A DNA stretch of 64,000 nucleotides from NCBI GenBank assembly GCA_951406725.2, contig OX597841.1:1178001-1242000 (forward strand), given 5' to 3'. The stretch comes from Octopus vulgaris. Its lineage: Eukaryota. Made by a program: the position numbers and the translations under genes. This document shows, in pieces, positions 37,876 through 51,138 of this stretch (position 1 is the first letter of the stretch; every line of letters begins with the position of its first letter). The notes under the pieces were generated by a model, which worked only from the letters and a program-made list of their open reading frames with translations, made no database searches and was not told where the DNA came from.

Positions 37876-38288
37876 AGGCGCAGGAGTGGCTGTGTGGTAA
37901 GTAGCTTGCTTACCAACCACATGGTTCCAGGTTCAGTCCCACTGTGTGGCATCTTGGGCAAGTGTCTTCTACTATAGCCTTGGGCCGACCAAAGCCTTGT
38001 GATTGGATTTGGTAGACGGAAACTGAAAGAAGCCCGTTGTATATATGTATATATATATATGTATGTGTGTGTATATGTTGTGTGTCAGTGTTTGTCACCC
38101 TAGCATTGCTTGACAACCGATGCTGGTGTGTTTACGTCCCCGTTACTTAGCGGTTCGGCAAAGGAGACCGATAGAATAAGTACTAGGCTTACAAAAGAAT
38201 AAGTCCCGGGATCGATTTGCTCGACTAAAGGTGGTGCTCCAGCATGGCCGCAGTCAAATGACTGAAACAAGTAAAAGAGTAAAAGAGT
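37876..38288 (+). mobile_element. SINE family A, full length
   Basis: Match to 7869-8267. Confidence 0.92.
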
Positions 38289-38664
38289 AGACCATGTAAA
38301 ATGCTTGGTGACATTACATCTGCATTTATATTCTGAGTTCAAATTACACTGTGGTCAGCTTCGCTTTCCATTCTTTCAGGGTCAATAAAATAAGTACCAG
38401 TTGTATACTAGGATTGATGTAATGGACTTAATCCGTACCCCTAAAACTGTTGGTCTTGTGCCAAAATTACGATACTCTTTACTTGTTTCAGTCATTTGAC
38501 TGTGGCCATACTGGAGTACTGCCTTTAGTCTTTGGAAGCCTAGTACTTATTCTATCGATCTCTTTTTGCCGAACTGCTAAGTTATGGGGATGTAAGCACA
38601 CCAGCATTGGTTGTCAAACTATGGGTGGGGCACAAACACAGACACACAAACATACATACACACA

Positions 38665-38700
<36 letters not shown>

Positions 38701-38709
38701 TATATATAT

Positions 38710-38916
38710 CGTGTGTGTACCGTTGGCGATTTTTTTCCTCTGTCTTCCCTTCTCTGGATCTTTCCTTTTCCTATGTTTCTGACGAAGAGCTCCGCTCGAA
38801 ACATGCTAAACCCTCCTTCTTTCCCTTCCTTCCTGAGCATCCAATAATACTATATTTGTTCCACGTCCTCGTGTTGTTGTGTTTTCTCTTTGTGTTTTCA
38901 TGTTTGGATTAACCGT
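38710..38916 (+). mobile_element. Probable Penelope-like terminal repeat with degenerate hammerhead at 38775-38811
   Basis: GTTT-CTGACGA-A-GAGC TCC GCTC-GAAA-CATG-CT-AAAC; (TA)n on both sides. Confidence 0.6.
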
Positions 38917-38979
38917 ATATATATATATATATATACAGATGCACATACATACATACATATGCATACACACATGTATATG

Positions 38980-39243
38980 CCAGCGCTGCCTCGACTGGCC
39001 TCCATGCCGGTGGCACGTAAAATACACCAATCCGACCGTGGCCGTTGCCAGCCTCGCCTGGCACCTGTGCAGGTGGCACGTAAAAAGCACCCACTACACT
39101 CACGGAGTGGTTGGCGTTAGGAAGGGCATCCAGCTGTAGAAACATTGCCAGATAAGACTGGAGCCTGGTGCAGCCTTCTGGCTTCCCAGAACCCCGGTCG
39201 AACCGTCCAACCCATGCCAGCATGGAGAACGGACGTTAAACGA

Positions 39244-39247
<4 letters not shown>
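38980..39247 (+). mobile_element. RTE family 1 3' end
   Basis: Two GTGCC/GGCAC modules and the standard terminus. Confidence 0.88.
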
Positions 39248-39284
<37 letters not shown>

Positions 39285-39285
<1 letters not shown>

Positions 39286-39442
39286 TGTTGTGTCTGGGGA
39301 GAGTCATTCTCTTTTAGTGCCTTATTATTTAACACACTCACCGGTTAGATTTCCACTCATTTCTTATTTTTATTTTCCTAAAATTGTCGTTGGGTCTTGC
39401 AACCTTTTCAATAGTCTTGACTCTGTCCGTTATTTACACTGC
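39285..39442 (-). mobile_element. Family P3 terminal repeat copy
   Basis: Near-identical to 12031-12187. Confidence 0.65.
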
Positions 39443-39751
39443 GACCCCTTTTGTTTGTTTGTGCGCGTGTGTGAGGGTCAGTGGGTCAGTATGTGTGTGT
39501 GTGCCTATACATGCATGCATGTATATATGTATATGTGTGTGTGTGTTTGCATGTGTATGTATGTATATACGTGTGTGTGTATGTATGTATGTGTGTGCAT
39601 CTGTATGTATGTATGTGTGTGCATCTGTATGTACGTATCCTGCATATTTATGTGCTCGCCTGTCCGTGTTTGCGTATATTCTATGTGTGTGTGTGTGTGT
39701 GTGTGAGTGTGTGTTTGTATGTGTATGCACCTCTGTCTCCTTGTGTGTGCA

Positions 39752-39782
<31 letters not shown>

Positions 39783-39986
39783 TATGTAACGATGTACCAT
39801 GTTTGTATGTATGGATGTGAATCTTTATATGTGTGGATCCGTGTCTCCATATGTGTCTGTTCTTGTAACCTATGTACCTGTCCGTCTGTATGTTGATCTA
39901 TTTATTTACATGTCTAAATGCTTACATACAGAAAAAAAAAAAAAAATTTAAATGTGTGTGTGTGTGTGTCTGTGTGTCTGTCTGTG

Positions 39987-40025
<39 letters not shown>

Positions 40026-40031
40026 ATATCT

Positions 40032-40064
<33 letters not shown>

Positions 40065-40076
40065 TGTATATATATA

Positions 40077-40235
<159 letters not shown>

Positions 40236-40876
40236 ACCTATATATATATATATTTTTCACACACACTCCCCTGTTTTTCATGCTCTCTATCTTTCTCTCT
40301 AAATCTTTCACTCACATACTCATATCTTCACATCTTTCTCTATCTTTCTCTCTTTTTCTCTCTCTTTACGACTCTCCCTCTCCCTCACTCCTTCCGTTAC
40401 ACAAACATCCAACAGACATACCATGCTTCCATATGACCCCCAGGCGCCCCACAGGAAGCTGAAACACTAGAACAAAGAAACAACGACAGAGAGGCACCTG
40501 CATAACATCGTGCTCAAGATCTTCGTTTTGTAAACCACATGACTCTCAGTTTCATCTGACTCCACAGCACCTTGGGCAAGTGTCTTCTCCCATCATCTCA
40601 GGTTGACCAATATTTCCACAGTGGAATTTGATTGATCTTTTGTTTTGTATCTTATATTTATTTTAATTACTAGACTGTGGCCATGCTGGGGCACCGCCTT
40701 CAAGAATGTTTTAGTCAAATGAACCAACCCCAGTTTTTTTAACTCTTTTATTCTCTTCTCCTTGTTTCAGTCATTTGGCTGCGGCCATGCTGGAGCACCG
40801 CCTTAGGTTGAACAAATCAACCCCAGGACTTATTCTTTGGAAGCATAGTACTTATTCTATCAGTCGATTCATGGAT

Positions 40877-40963
40877 GAGGCCTTTTTCCATCATTCCATG
40901 CTTTTTGTATGCAAGCCAGCGGGGTTCGCTCTGAGCACTCTAATTTGTTCACAGTGAACGTAC
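40877..40963 (-). rRNA. 18S rRNA fragment (pseudogene), conserved region after V4
   Basis: Minus strand ACGTTCACTGTGAACAAATTAGAGTGCTCAGAGC...GCATGGAATGATGGAAAAAGGCCTC versus recalled metazoan ACGTTTACTTTGAAAAAATTAGAGTGTTCAAAGC...GCATGGAATAATGGAATAGGACCTC. Confidence 0.82.
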
Positions 40964-40965
40964 TG

Positions 40966-41193
40966 TTTCTTTATTACCCACAAGGGGCTAAACATAGAAG
41001 GTACAAACAAGGGCAGACTAACGGGTTTAAGTCGATTACATCGACCCCAGTGCATAACTGGTACTTGATTTATCGACCCTGAAAGGATGAAAGGTAAAGT
41101 CCATCTTGGCAGAATTTGAACTCAGAGCGTAGCGGCAGATGAAATACTGCTACGCATTTCGCCCGGCATGCTAACGATTCTGCCAGCTTGCCT
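40966..41193 (-). mobile_element. SINE family B inserted in the 18S fragment
   Basis: Reverse complement of 35729-35960. Confidence 0.9.
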
Positions 41194-41509
41194 CAGACAC
41201 TCGGCAAAGAGCACCCTCGGAGGAACCGTGCAGGCCGAAAAGACCGGGAAGTCGACACGCTACCGCAATGCGAATGGCGACGCCTGCCTTGTGGCTCCTG
41301 CGATGACCCGTGCAAAGACGCCACGCAGGTGTGAAACCGAACGGATGAAGACAGGGCAGGGTGGCGATGCACGCAGAGCTCCATGACACGACCGCACACA
41401 CACTGGCGAATAGGGCTGGGAGTGCGAACGGACGACCGAAGTGGACACGTGCAAAGCACGCCCACGACGACACCGTTGCCCCGAAAGTGCTGGGGCATGT
41501 TTTCGAGAT
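41191..41509 (-). rRNA. 18S rRNA fragment (pseudogene), expanded GC-rich V4 region
   Basis: GC/CpG-rich island ending GGTGCTCTTTGCCGAGTGTC (compare V4 GGTGCTCTTGACTGAGTGTC); collinear with 40877-40963 once the SINE is removed. Confidence 0.62.
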
Positions 41510-41803
41510 ACTCTCTTTGCTCTTACTCTTTTACTTGTTTCAGTCATTTGACTGCGGCCATGCTGGAGCACTGCCCTTAATCGAGCAACTCGACCCTGGG
41601 ACTTATTCTTTAGTAAGCCCAGTACTTATTCTATCGGTCTCATTTGCCGAACCGCTAAGTAACGGGGACGTAAACACACCAGCATCGGTTGTCAAGAAAT
41701 GCTAGGGGGACAAACACAGACACACAAATACACACACGCATATATATACATATATACGACGGGCTTCTTTCAGTTTCCATCTACCAAATCCACTCACAAG
41801 GCA
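41510..41803 (-). mobile_element. SINE family A lacking head
   Basis: Reverse complement match; head replaced by a (TATG)n array. Confidence 0.88.
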
Positions 41804-41843
41804 TTTGTATGTGTGTATGTATGTAAGTATGTATATTTGTATG

Positions 41844-41874
<31 letters not shown>

Positions 41875-42178
41875 GTACGTATGTATGCTTGTATGTATGT
41901 ATGTATGTTTGCATGTATGTATGTATATTTGTTTGTATGTTTGTATGTATGTTTGTATGTATGTATGTTTGTATGTATGTATGTATGTATTCATGCATGT
42001 TTGTATGTATGTATGTATGTTTGTATGTATGTATGTATGTGTGTATGTATGTATGTATGTATGTATGTTTGTATTATGTATGTATGTTTGTATGTATGTA
42101 TGTATGTATGTATGTATGCATGTATGTATGTACATATGTATGTGTGTATGTATGTATGTATGTATGTATGTGTATGTG
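41804..42178. repeat. (TATG)n microsatellite
   Basis: Seen directly. Confidence 0.96.
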
Positions 42179-42476
42179 CCCTCACACGTACATAGTCCAA
42201 GGGCCCAGCCAGCCTTATCAAGCCTTATTCATTGTATACATCTCATCAGTCTGAGTACCCTTGAGTACCCTTCAACTCGAGTGAAGGGTAACACAAAGAG
42301 CTGCAGAAAACTCAATGATTTCTAAATTGTATTCCTGTTATTATGTAACACTGTCCTTTGTATAGACTCCATACCTGTTATTGAAAAGGCCGGCCTTCTC
42401 AGGCATCTGTGAATGACTACTTAGCCATTTACTCAGAAGATTCAGTGACAAGGTGGCTCCATTGATCAAATAAATT

Positions 42477-42633
42477 AGGAGTGGCTGTGTGGTAAGTAGC
42501 TTGCTAACCAACCACATCGTTATGGGTTCAGTCCCACTGCGTGGCATCTTGGGCAAGTGTCTTCTGCTATAGCCCCGGGCCGACCAATGCCTTGTGAGTG
42601 GATTTGGTAGACGGAAACTGAAAGAAGCCTGTC

Positions 42634-42685
<52 letters not shown>

Positions 42686-42900
42686 ATGTGTTTGTATGTC
42701 TGTGTTTGTCCCCCTAGCATAGCTTGACATCCGATGCTGGTGTGTTTACGTCCCCGTCACTTAGCAGTTTGGCAAAAGAGACTGATAGAATAAGTACTGG
42801 ACTTACAAAGAATAAGTCCCGGGGTCGATTTGCTCGACTAAAAGGCGGTGCTCCAGCATGGCCGCAGTCAAAATGACTGAAACAAGTAAAAGAGTAAGAG
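42477..42900 (+). mobile_element. SINE family A, full length
   Basis: Match to 7869-8267. Confidence 0.92.
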
Positions 42901-42931
42901 TATACACCATTGAACCTGATGCAAGATCCAT

Positions 42932-43353
42932 TTACTCTTTGCTCTTTCACTTGTTTCAGTCTTTTGACTGCGGCCATGCTGGAGCACCGCCTTTAATCGA
43001 GCAACTCGACCACGGGACTTATTCTTTAGTAAGCCCAGTACTTATTCTATCGGTCTCTTTTTGCCGAACCGATTAGTAACGGGGACATAAACACACTAGC
43101 ATCGGTTGTCAAGCAATGCTAGGGGGACAAACACAGACACACAAACACACACACACACATGCATATATATATATATATATACATATATACGACGGGCTTC
43201 TTTCAGTTTCCGTCTACCAAATCCACTCACAAGGCTTTGGTCGGCCCGAGGCTATAGTAGAAGACACTTACCCAAGGTGCTACGCAGTGGGACTGAACCC
43301 GGAACCATGTGGTTGGTAAACAAGCTACTTACCACACAGCCACTCCTGCGCCT
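42932..43353 (-). mobile_element. SINE family A, full length
   Basis: Reverse complement match. Confidence 0.92.
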
Positions 43354-43391
43354 ATGTGTGTATTTGCGTGTATTATTGTCAAACACATATG

Positions 43392-43675
43392 ATGGCGAAC
43401 TTGCAGAATCGTTAGCACGCTTGGCGAAATGCTTAGCGGTATTTCGTCTGCCGTTACGTTCTGAGTTCAAATTCCGCCGAGGTCGACTTTGCCTTTCATC
43501 CTTTCGGTTTCGATAAATTAAGTACCAGTTACACACTGGGGTCGGTGTAATCAACTTAATCCGTTTGTCTGTCCTTGTTTGTCCTCTCTGTGTTTAGCCT
43601 CTTGTGGGTAGTAAATAAATAGGTATTTCATCTGCCTTTACGTTCTGAGTTCAAATTCCGCCGAGGTCGACTTTG
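43392..43675 (+). mobile_element. SINE family B plus partial tandem restart
   Basis: Full copy, then GGTATTTC...GTCGACTTTG repeated at 43622-43675. Confidence 0.9.
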
Positions 43676-44195
43676 AAAGGATTATTTTCAAACACATAAA
43701 TATGTATGTGTGCATGTGTGTGTGTGCGAATGTATGCAAATGAGTGTGTGTATGTGCTTCTAAATATATGTGTGTTTGCTATATGTGTGTGTGTATGAAT
43801 GTACACATGTATTTATGCATATATATCTAAGTATATATAGATACATATATATACATATATATATACACACACATATATATACATATATATACACACTATA
43901 CATATATATATGTATATATATATAACATATCTTATATACTCAGTACACACATGTTTATATGTATGTATATGTATTTATGTATATATCTATATAAGCATGT
44001 GCACCACATATATATGTATACGTGTTTCTATGTATGTGTGCGTGTGTGTGTGTCTGTTTATATATTAATGTCCGTGTGTGTGTGTCTGTTTATGTATGAA
44101 TATGTGTGTGTGTGTTTGTGTGCATGTGTTATACTAATTTGTGTGTGTGTCTGTGTATGAATGTATGCATGTGTGTGTGTGTCTGTGTATGTGCG

Positions 44196-44226
<31 letters not shown>

Positions 44227-44723
44227 CTGTGTCTGTGTGTGTGTGTGTATCAATATACATTTTTAGCAAGGCCTAGAAACCTTAGCAAGGTAGAATGCAG
44301 TGATATCAGCTCTTAAAATAGTACATTATATCATGTTATTGATTGCTTCTGTCAACACCACCACCACCACCACCGATACCACCACCTACACCACCACCAC
44401 CGACACCACCACCACCAGCATCAGCAGTTGCGGCAGCATTAGCAGCAGCATGCCAACCCCTTCCCTTCCCCCACCCCCTGAACCCACCATCAGCAACGGC
44501 ACAACCGAAACGGGCGGCGCCACCACCACCATCTTCGCCATCATCACTACCATTAGCATCACCACTACCACTACTACGGCCAGTTCTTAGTGATAAATCA
44601 GGAAAAGCAGCGTAATGGAAAGCAAATGTGTGTGTGTGTGTGTGTGTGAGTACACATGCCTCTAAGCTTCTTTCTCTCTCCACATACTTGTGTGTGTGTT
44701 GTGTTTATCCATATTATATATGC

Positions 44724-45097
44724 ACATATACATACATACATACATACATACATACATACACACATACACACATACATACATACACACATACATACATACA
44801 TACATACATACATACATACATACATACACACATACATACACACATACATACATACACACACATACATACATACACACATACATACATACAAACATACATA
44901 CACACAAACATACATACATACATACATACAAACATACATACAAACATACAAACATACATACATACACACATACACATACTCAAACATACATACATACATG
45001 CATACACACATACATACATACATACATACACACACATACACACTCATACATACATACACACACACACATACATACATACATACATACACACACACAC
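44724..45097. repeat. (CATA)n microsatellite
   Basis: Seen directly. Confidence 0.96.
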
Positions 45098-45150
45098 GTG
45101 TATGTGTGTGTGTGTGTCTGCATATGAATGAATGCACATCTCTCTGCCTC

Positions 45151-45193
<43 letters not shown>

Positions 45194-45357
45194 TTACATA
45201 AGTGTATGTGTGTGTTTATGTACGTCCGTCTGTCTGTAAGCATGTGTGTGCCTGTGTGTGACCTCCCTTCATCTCTCTGACTCTGTGTGTGTGTGTCTCT
45301 CTCTGTCTCTCTCTCCCTCTCACCTTCTCTCAATATCCATGCGCGAGTGTGTGTCTT

Positions 45358-45402
<45 letters not shown>

Positions 45403-45781
45403 CTATATTTATATACCTATGAAAGTGTGTCATGTGTGTGTATGTGTGTGCATGCGTACGTAGGCATGTCTTTGAATGCCTCTATCTACGCATACGACCT
45501 TTGCTTCTTTCTCCCTATTGCAAACATATATATATACACACTCATATACACACATATATATATTGTGTGGTCCCAGGTCAGCTTTGGTTAAGTAAAACAT
45601 CTGATCGCAGGGCTTTCCCCATCGCGACAGTTCTGTATCTTTTTCGTATGTGGGATCGCAGTTTTCACTGGATATTTATCTAACATTGAGCTGCATTCGA
45701 TGTATTTGAGAAAGACTTAGCTTCAATTTCTGTCAGATCAATAGACAACATGGAGTCTTCCATTCATTGCATGTGGTAGAC

Positions 45782-46105
<324 letters not shown>

Positions 46106-46140
46106 GAATGTATGTATATGTATGATATATCTATATTCCC

Positions 46141-46336
46141 TTTTACTCTCTTTTACTTGTTTCAATCATTTGACTGCGGCCATGCTGGAGCAAATCGGCT
46201 CCCGGGACTTATTCTTTGTAAGCCCAGTACTTATTCTATCGATGTCTTTTGCCGAACCGCTAAGTGACGGGGACGTAAACACACCAGCGTCGGTTGTCAA
46301 GCAATGCTAGGGGGACAAACACAGACACACAAACAT

Positions 46337-46375
<39 letters not shown>

Positions 46376-46533
46376 AATGACAGGCTTCTTTCAGTTTCCG
46401 TCTACCAAATCCACTCACAAGGCATTGGTCGGCCTGGGGCTATAGCAGAAGACACTTGCCCAAGGTGCCACGCAGTGGAACTGAACCCGGAACCATGTGG
46501 TTGGGAAGCAAGCTACTTACCACACAGCCACTC
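46141..46533 (-). mobile_element. SINE family A
   Basis: Reverse complement match. Confidence 0.9.
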
Positions 46534-46607
46534 ATGTGTGTGTGTGTATATGCATATATATATATGTGTGTGTGTGTGTATGTGTATATATATATAGATA
46601 TGAATAT

Positions 46608-46785
46608 CACCCACTACACTCACGGAGTGGTTGGCGTTAGGAAAGGCATCCACCTGTAGAAACACTGCCAGATCAAACTGGAGCCTAGTGCAGCTTCCTG
46701 GCTTCCCAGACCCCGGTCGAACCGTCCAACCTATGTTAGCATGGAAAACAGACGTTAAACGATGATGACGATGAGGATGATGATA
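46608..46785 (+). mobile_element. RTE family 1 3' end
   Basis: CACCCACTACACTC... terminus and (GAT)n. Confidence 0.85.
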
Positions 46786-47047
46786 TATGCATATATATAT
46801 CATATATATATATGTATATATATTATATATATGTAGATATATGCATGTGTGTGTATATGTATATTTGTATATATATATATATAAATGTTATATATATGTA
46901 TATATGTCTATCTGTCTGTCTATACACACACACACACACATGTATATATGCAAATGTGTGTGTGTGTATTTACTGTTTTATTCTTGTACTTTCTCTTACT
47001 GAACTGCGACCATACTGGGGCACTACAGTCAAGTTTTAGTGGATTAA

Positions 47048-47466
47048 TACTCTTTACTCTTTTACTCTTTTACTTGTTTCAGTCATTTGACTGCGGCCAA
47101 GCTGGAGCACCGCCTTTAATCGAGCAACACGATTCCCGGGACTTGTAAGCCCAGTACTTCTATCGGTCTCTTTTGCCAAACCGCTAAGTAACGGGGACGT
47201 AAACACACCAGCATCGGTTGTCAAGCAATGCCAGGGGGACAAACACACACACACACATACACACACACACATACACACACATATATATATATATATATAC
47301 ATATATACGACAGGCTTCTTTCAGTTTCCGTCTACCAAATCCACTCACAAGGCATTGGTCAGCCCGGGGCTATAGTGGAAGACACTTGCCCAAGGTGCCA
47401 CGCAGTGGGACTGAACCCGGAACCATGTGGTTGGTTAGCAAGCTACTTACCACACAGCCACTCCTA
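47048..47466 (-). mobile_element. SINE family A
   Basis: Reverse complement match. Confidence 0.9.
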
Positions 47467-47603
47467 TTGATTGTTATTGATCTTTCTACTGATTTCTGTC
47501 TTGTGTTTCATCAATACCTATTTGTTGAACTGTTGAGTTGTGGAACACCGCCACCCCCCCCATAAACAATGGTAAATGTATTTTAAACTGTTGTAGACAT
47601 AAA

Positions 47604-47983
47604 TAGTTAGTTAGTTAGTTAGTTAGTTAATTTGGCTCAAAAGCAAATAGCAAGGCCATGTAGGGGGACATGGAGTTAAGTACAGGGTGGTGTTCATGTA
47701 AAGAGTTCAGGCCACTTGAGGTCAAGGGAGGCTTTGAACAAAGCGGTCGTCGGCATCTTCACCATCTCGTCTGGCACCTTGTTCCACGGATCCGCAACCC
47801 GGACGGAGAAAGCTCCTCTCCTTCGATTGAGATGAAATCGTCGCAGGTAGAGCTTTTCGGAATGACCCCGCAGCCGACGCTCTGGAGCAGGAGTGAAGAA
47901 CAGCTCTTTCAAGAGGTTACACTTTCCGTTTATGATGCTGTGGGCGAGAATGAGATCACCACGGTGGCAGCGTTTTTCTAGAG
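47604..47983 (-). mobile_element. CR1-type LINE 3' end with (AACT)n tail
   Basis: LEKRCHRGDLI...LRGHSEKL...FSVRVADPWNKVP...FKASLD*, short UTR, then (AACT)n. Confidence 0.88.
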
Positions 47984-47989
47984 AATGAA

Positions 47990-48305
47990 CTATATATGAA
48001 TAGAATAGAACTATATATGACCATATTTCGTTTTTGGATTTGGTTTGCAAGATTCTTTATATGAGTTCGTGTGTTGAAGCATATTTTGTTGTGTCTGGGG
48101 AGAGTCATTTTCTTTTTGTGCCTTGTTATGTAACACACTCACTGGAACACAGTGTAAGTAACGGACAGAGTCAAAACTATTGAAAATGTTGCAAGACGCA
48201 ACGAAAATTTTAGGACAATAAAAATAAGAAAAAATTGAAAATTTTACCGGTGAGTGTGTTACGTAATAAGGCACAAAAAGAAAATGACTCTCCAGAGACA
48301 TAACA

Positions 48306-48307
<2 letters not shown>
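47990..48307. mobile_element. Family P3 element in fold-back arrangement
   Basis: 48087-48145 is an inverted repeat of 48247-48305; hammerhead-like fold at 48177-48213 (+). Confidence 0.65.
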
Positions 48308-48354
<47 letters not shown>

Positions 48355-48439
48355 CAAACAAATGCTAATAAAGAATTATAAAAGATTCTGACTGCCTTTT
48401 TTTCTCAATATGGACCACTGTACACTACTTCAAACACTC

Positions 48440-48475
<36 letters not shown>

Positions 48476-49345
48476 CATATATAGATAATAATATATATAT
48501 ATGTATATATACATGTGTATATATATATATATATATGCATGTATGTATATATATATATATATATATACATGCATATATATATATTTATATATATATATAC
48601 ACATATATACATAAATACATATATATACATGCATATACATATACATATATATGTACATATATATATATATAAAGTATATAAATGGTTATATGTATATATA
48701 TGTTTATATCAATGTATATATACATATCTGTATATGTATATGTATATATGTGTGTGTGAGTGTACGTGCAAGTGTGTGTGTGTGTGTGTACAAGCACATG
48801 ACGGGCTTGTTTCAGCTTTTGTTTCCTATATCTACACACGAGGCTCTAGCCCGCTCGGTGCCATAGTGGACGTGGCACATGTTGGGACTGAAACCAAAAC
48901 CATGCGGTTTGGCACAACGCATCCCCCTCCCCTCCCCCCTTGCACCTAGTAACAGGAAGAATAAAGCAATGTGATGTATGGTGGGGGGTGGGGGTGGGGG
49001 GTGAATGGAGAGATCAAAAGGAAAGGAGTGGGGTACTACTGGAGGATGGGGGTAGAGACGAGAAAGCGAACAGCGATGGTGATGGTGGCGGTTGTGGCGG
49101 CGGCGGTGGTGGTGGTGTTGTTGGCGGCGGAGATGATGGCGCAGCAGCTGAGAGCATATTAAGGTTGAGTATGCGTGTGTGTGTGTGTGTGTGTGTGTGA
49201 GGTGTTTGAATTGAACTGAACTGACAAGCAAACGCATGCACTTAACTGTGCAGACGTGGAGAGACACAGGGAGGGAGGGAGAGAGATGGGTGGAGAGAGG
49301 GAGGAAAGCGGGGCAAAAAAAAATGAGACCTGATGATCACTGTGC

Positions 49346-49880
49346 TGGTGGTGGTGGTGGTAGTGGTGGTGGTGGTGGTAGTGGTGGTGGTGGTGGTGGT
49401 GGTGGTAGTGGTGGTAGTGGTGGTGGTAGTGGTGATGGTGGTGGTAGTGTTGGTGGTAGTGGTGTTGGTGGTGGTGGTAGTAGTGTTGTTGTTGGTGGTG
49501 GCAGTGGTGGTGGTGGTGGTGGTAGTGGTGGTGGTAGCGTTGGTGGTGGTTTTGGTGGTGGTGGTAGTGGTGGTTTTGGTATTGGTGGTTGTATTGCTGC
49601 AGGTGGTAGTGGTGGTGATGGTGGTGATGGTTTTGGTGTTGTAGATGATGGTGGTGGTGATGATGATGATGATGACATGAATGAAGATGATGATGGTTTT
49701 GTGGATTATAATGATGCCAGGATGATGGTGGTGGTGGTGGTGATGGTGGTAATGGTGATGTTCATGATGATGCTGATAGTGATGATGATAATGATATATG
49801 AAAGAAAAAGATGATGATGTTTATGTGTGTGGATTTTAATGATGCTGGGGAGAAGAATGATGATGATGATGATGCTAATG
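49346..49880. repeat. (GGT)n/(GAT)n trinucleotide array
   Basis: Seen directly. Confidence 0.95.
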
Positions 49881-50273
49881 ATATTGGTGGGGTGGGGTTT
49901 TGATAATGGGGATATAAACATGGATGTTGATGATATAAAAACGGATGATGATGATATTTAGCTGCGGGTCAGCCCAGATTGAGCAAGTTTATAACCTTCA
50001 TCTCTGCTTCCTCTGCCTCAGCGTCATCATCATCATCATCATTTTGCTCTTCATCACCATCCTCCTCCACCTCTTCCTCCTCAGCATCATCATCACCATC
50101 GCCATCCTCCTCCTCCATCTCCTCATCATCATCATTTTGCTCTTCATCACCATCCTCCTCCACCTCTTCATCCTCAGCATCATCATCATCATCATCACCA
50201 TCTTCACCATCGCCATCCTCCTCCTCCACCTCCTCATCATCATCATCTTCATCACCCTCCCTCCTCTGCTTCC

Positions 50274-50715
50274 ATGGGGTTGTGAGTTTGATTCCCGGAC
50301 CGGGCTGCGTGTTGTGTTCTTGAGCAAGACACTTTATTTCACATTGCTCCAGTTCACTCAGCTGTAGAGATGAGTTGTGACGTCACTGGTGCTAAGCTGT
50401 ATCGGCCCCTTTTGCCTTTACCTTGGACAACATCGGTGGCATGGAGAGGGGAGGCTGGTATGTGTAGGCAACTATTGGTTTTCCACTAACAACCTTTCCC
50501 AGACTTGTGCCACAGAGGGGGAACTTTCTAGGTGCAATCTTGTTGTGGCAGATGCCCTCAGCTGAGAAGTGGGCTGGTCAACTACTAATAAATAGGGGAC
50601 AGACACAGTCAGTAGAGTTGGTCAGCAAAGGTATGCTGTTTGGACAACGAAATACGTCATCATAGGACATATCAAATCCCATGGTCATTCATGAATGAAG
50701 GAGATCTTTGCCCTT
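50274..50715 (+). mobile_element. SINE family C interrupted by a ~130-bp insert (50540-50672)
   Basis: Matches 12870-13160 on both sides of the insert. Confidence 0.8.
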
Positions 50716-50831
50716 GCCTTGGACTGGCACTTGGTGCTAATAACAGAATTTCAGACTGGTACTTGTGTTGCACAATCATTTATCCTTATTTATTTACTGA
50801 TGTAAAAATGCCCCCTTTTGGGTACCCTCAT

Positions 50832-51138
50832 TTTGTTGTTTGTTCCTTCTCAAGCCCCGCCTGGCTCATAAAGGCCGGTTTCCTGGTTTCCTTGGCGTAT
50901 AGGTTTCCCACCTGGATGGGACGCCGGTCCGTCGCAGGTGAGCTGCAAGATGCAGGAGGAAAGAGTGAGAGAAAGTTGTGGCGAAAGAGTCAGCAGAAGT
51001 TTAGCCATTACCTTCTGCCGGAGCCGCGTGGAGCTTAAGTGTTTCGCTCATAAACACGCACATCGCCCGGTCTTAGATTCGAACCCACGATCCCTCGACC
51101 GCGAGTCCGCTGCTCTAACCACTAGACCATGTGTCTCC
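50832..51138 (-). mobile_element. tRNA-derived SINE (family D) with (AAC)n tail
   Basis: Minus strand TGGTCTAGTGGTTAGAGC A box and GGTTCGAATC B box, unrelated body, AACAAACAACAA tail. Confidence 0.75.

Noticed and set aside
41168-41571. GC-rich ORFs suggesting a bacterial or foreign gene
   Set aside because: Better explained as 18S V4 sequence; no recognisable protein.
43106-43516. Recurrent ORF RLPNPLTRLWSARGYSRRHLPKVPRSG
   Set aside because: Antisense translation of SINE family A.
49236-49814. Glycine-rich protein ORF
   Set aside because: Translation of (GGT)n, open in multiple frames.
51060-51138. tRNA gene
   Set aside because: tRNA-like head continues into a SINE body; no complete acceptor stem or terminator seen.
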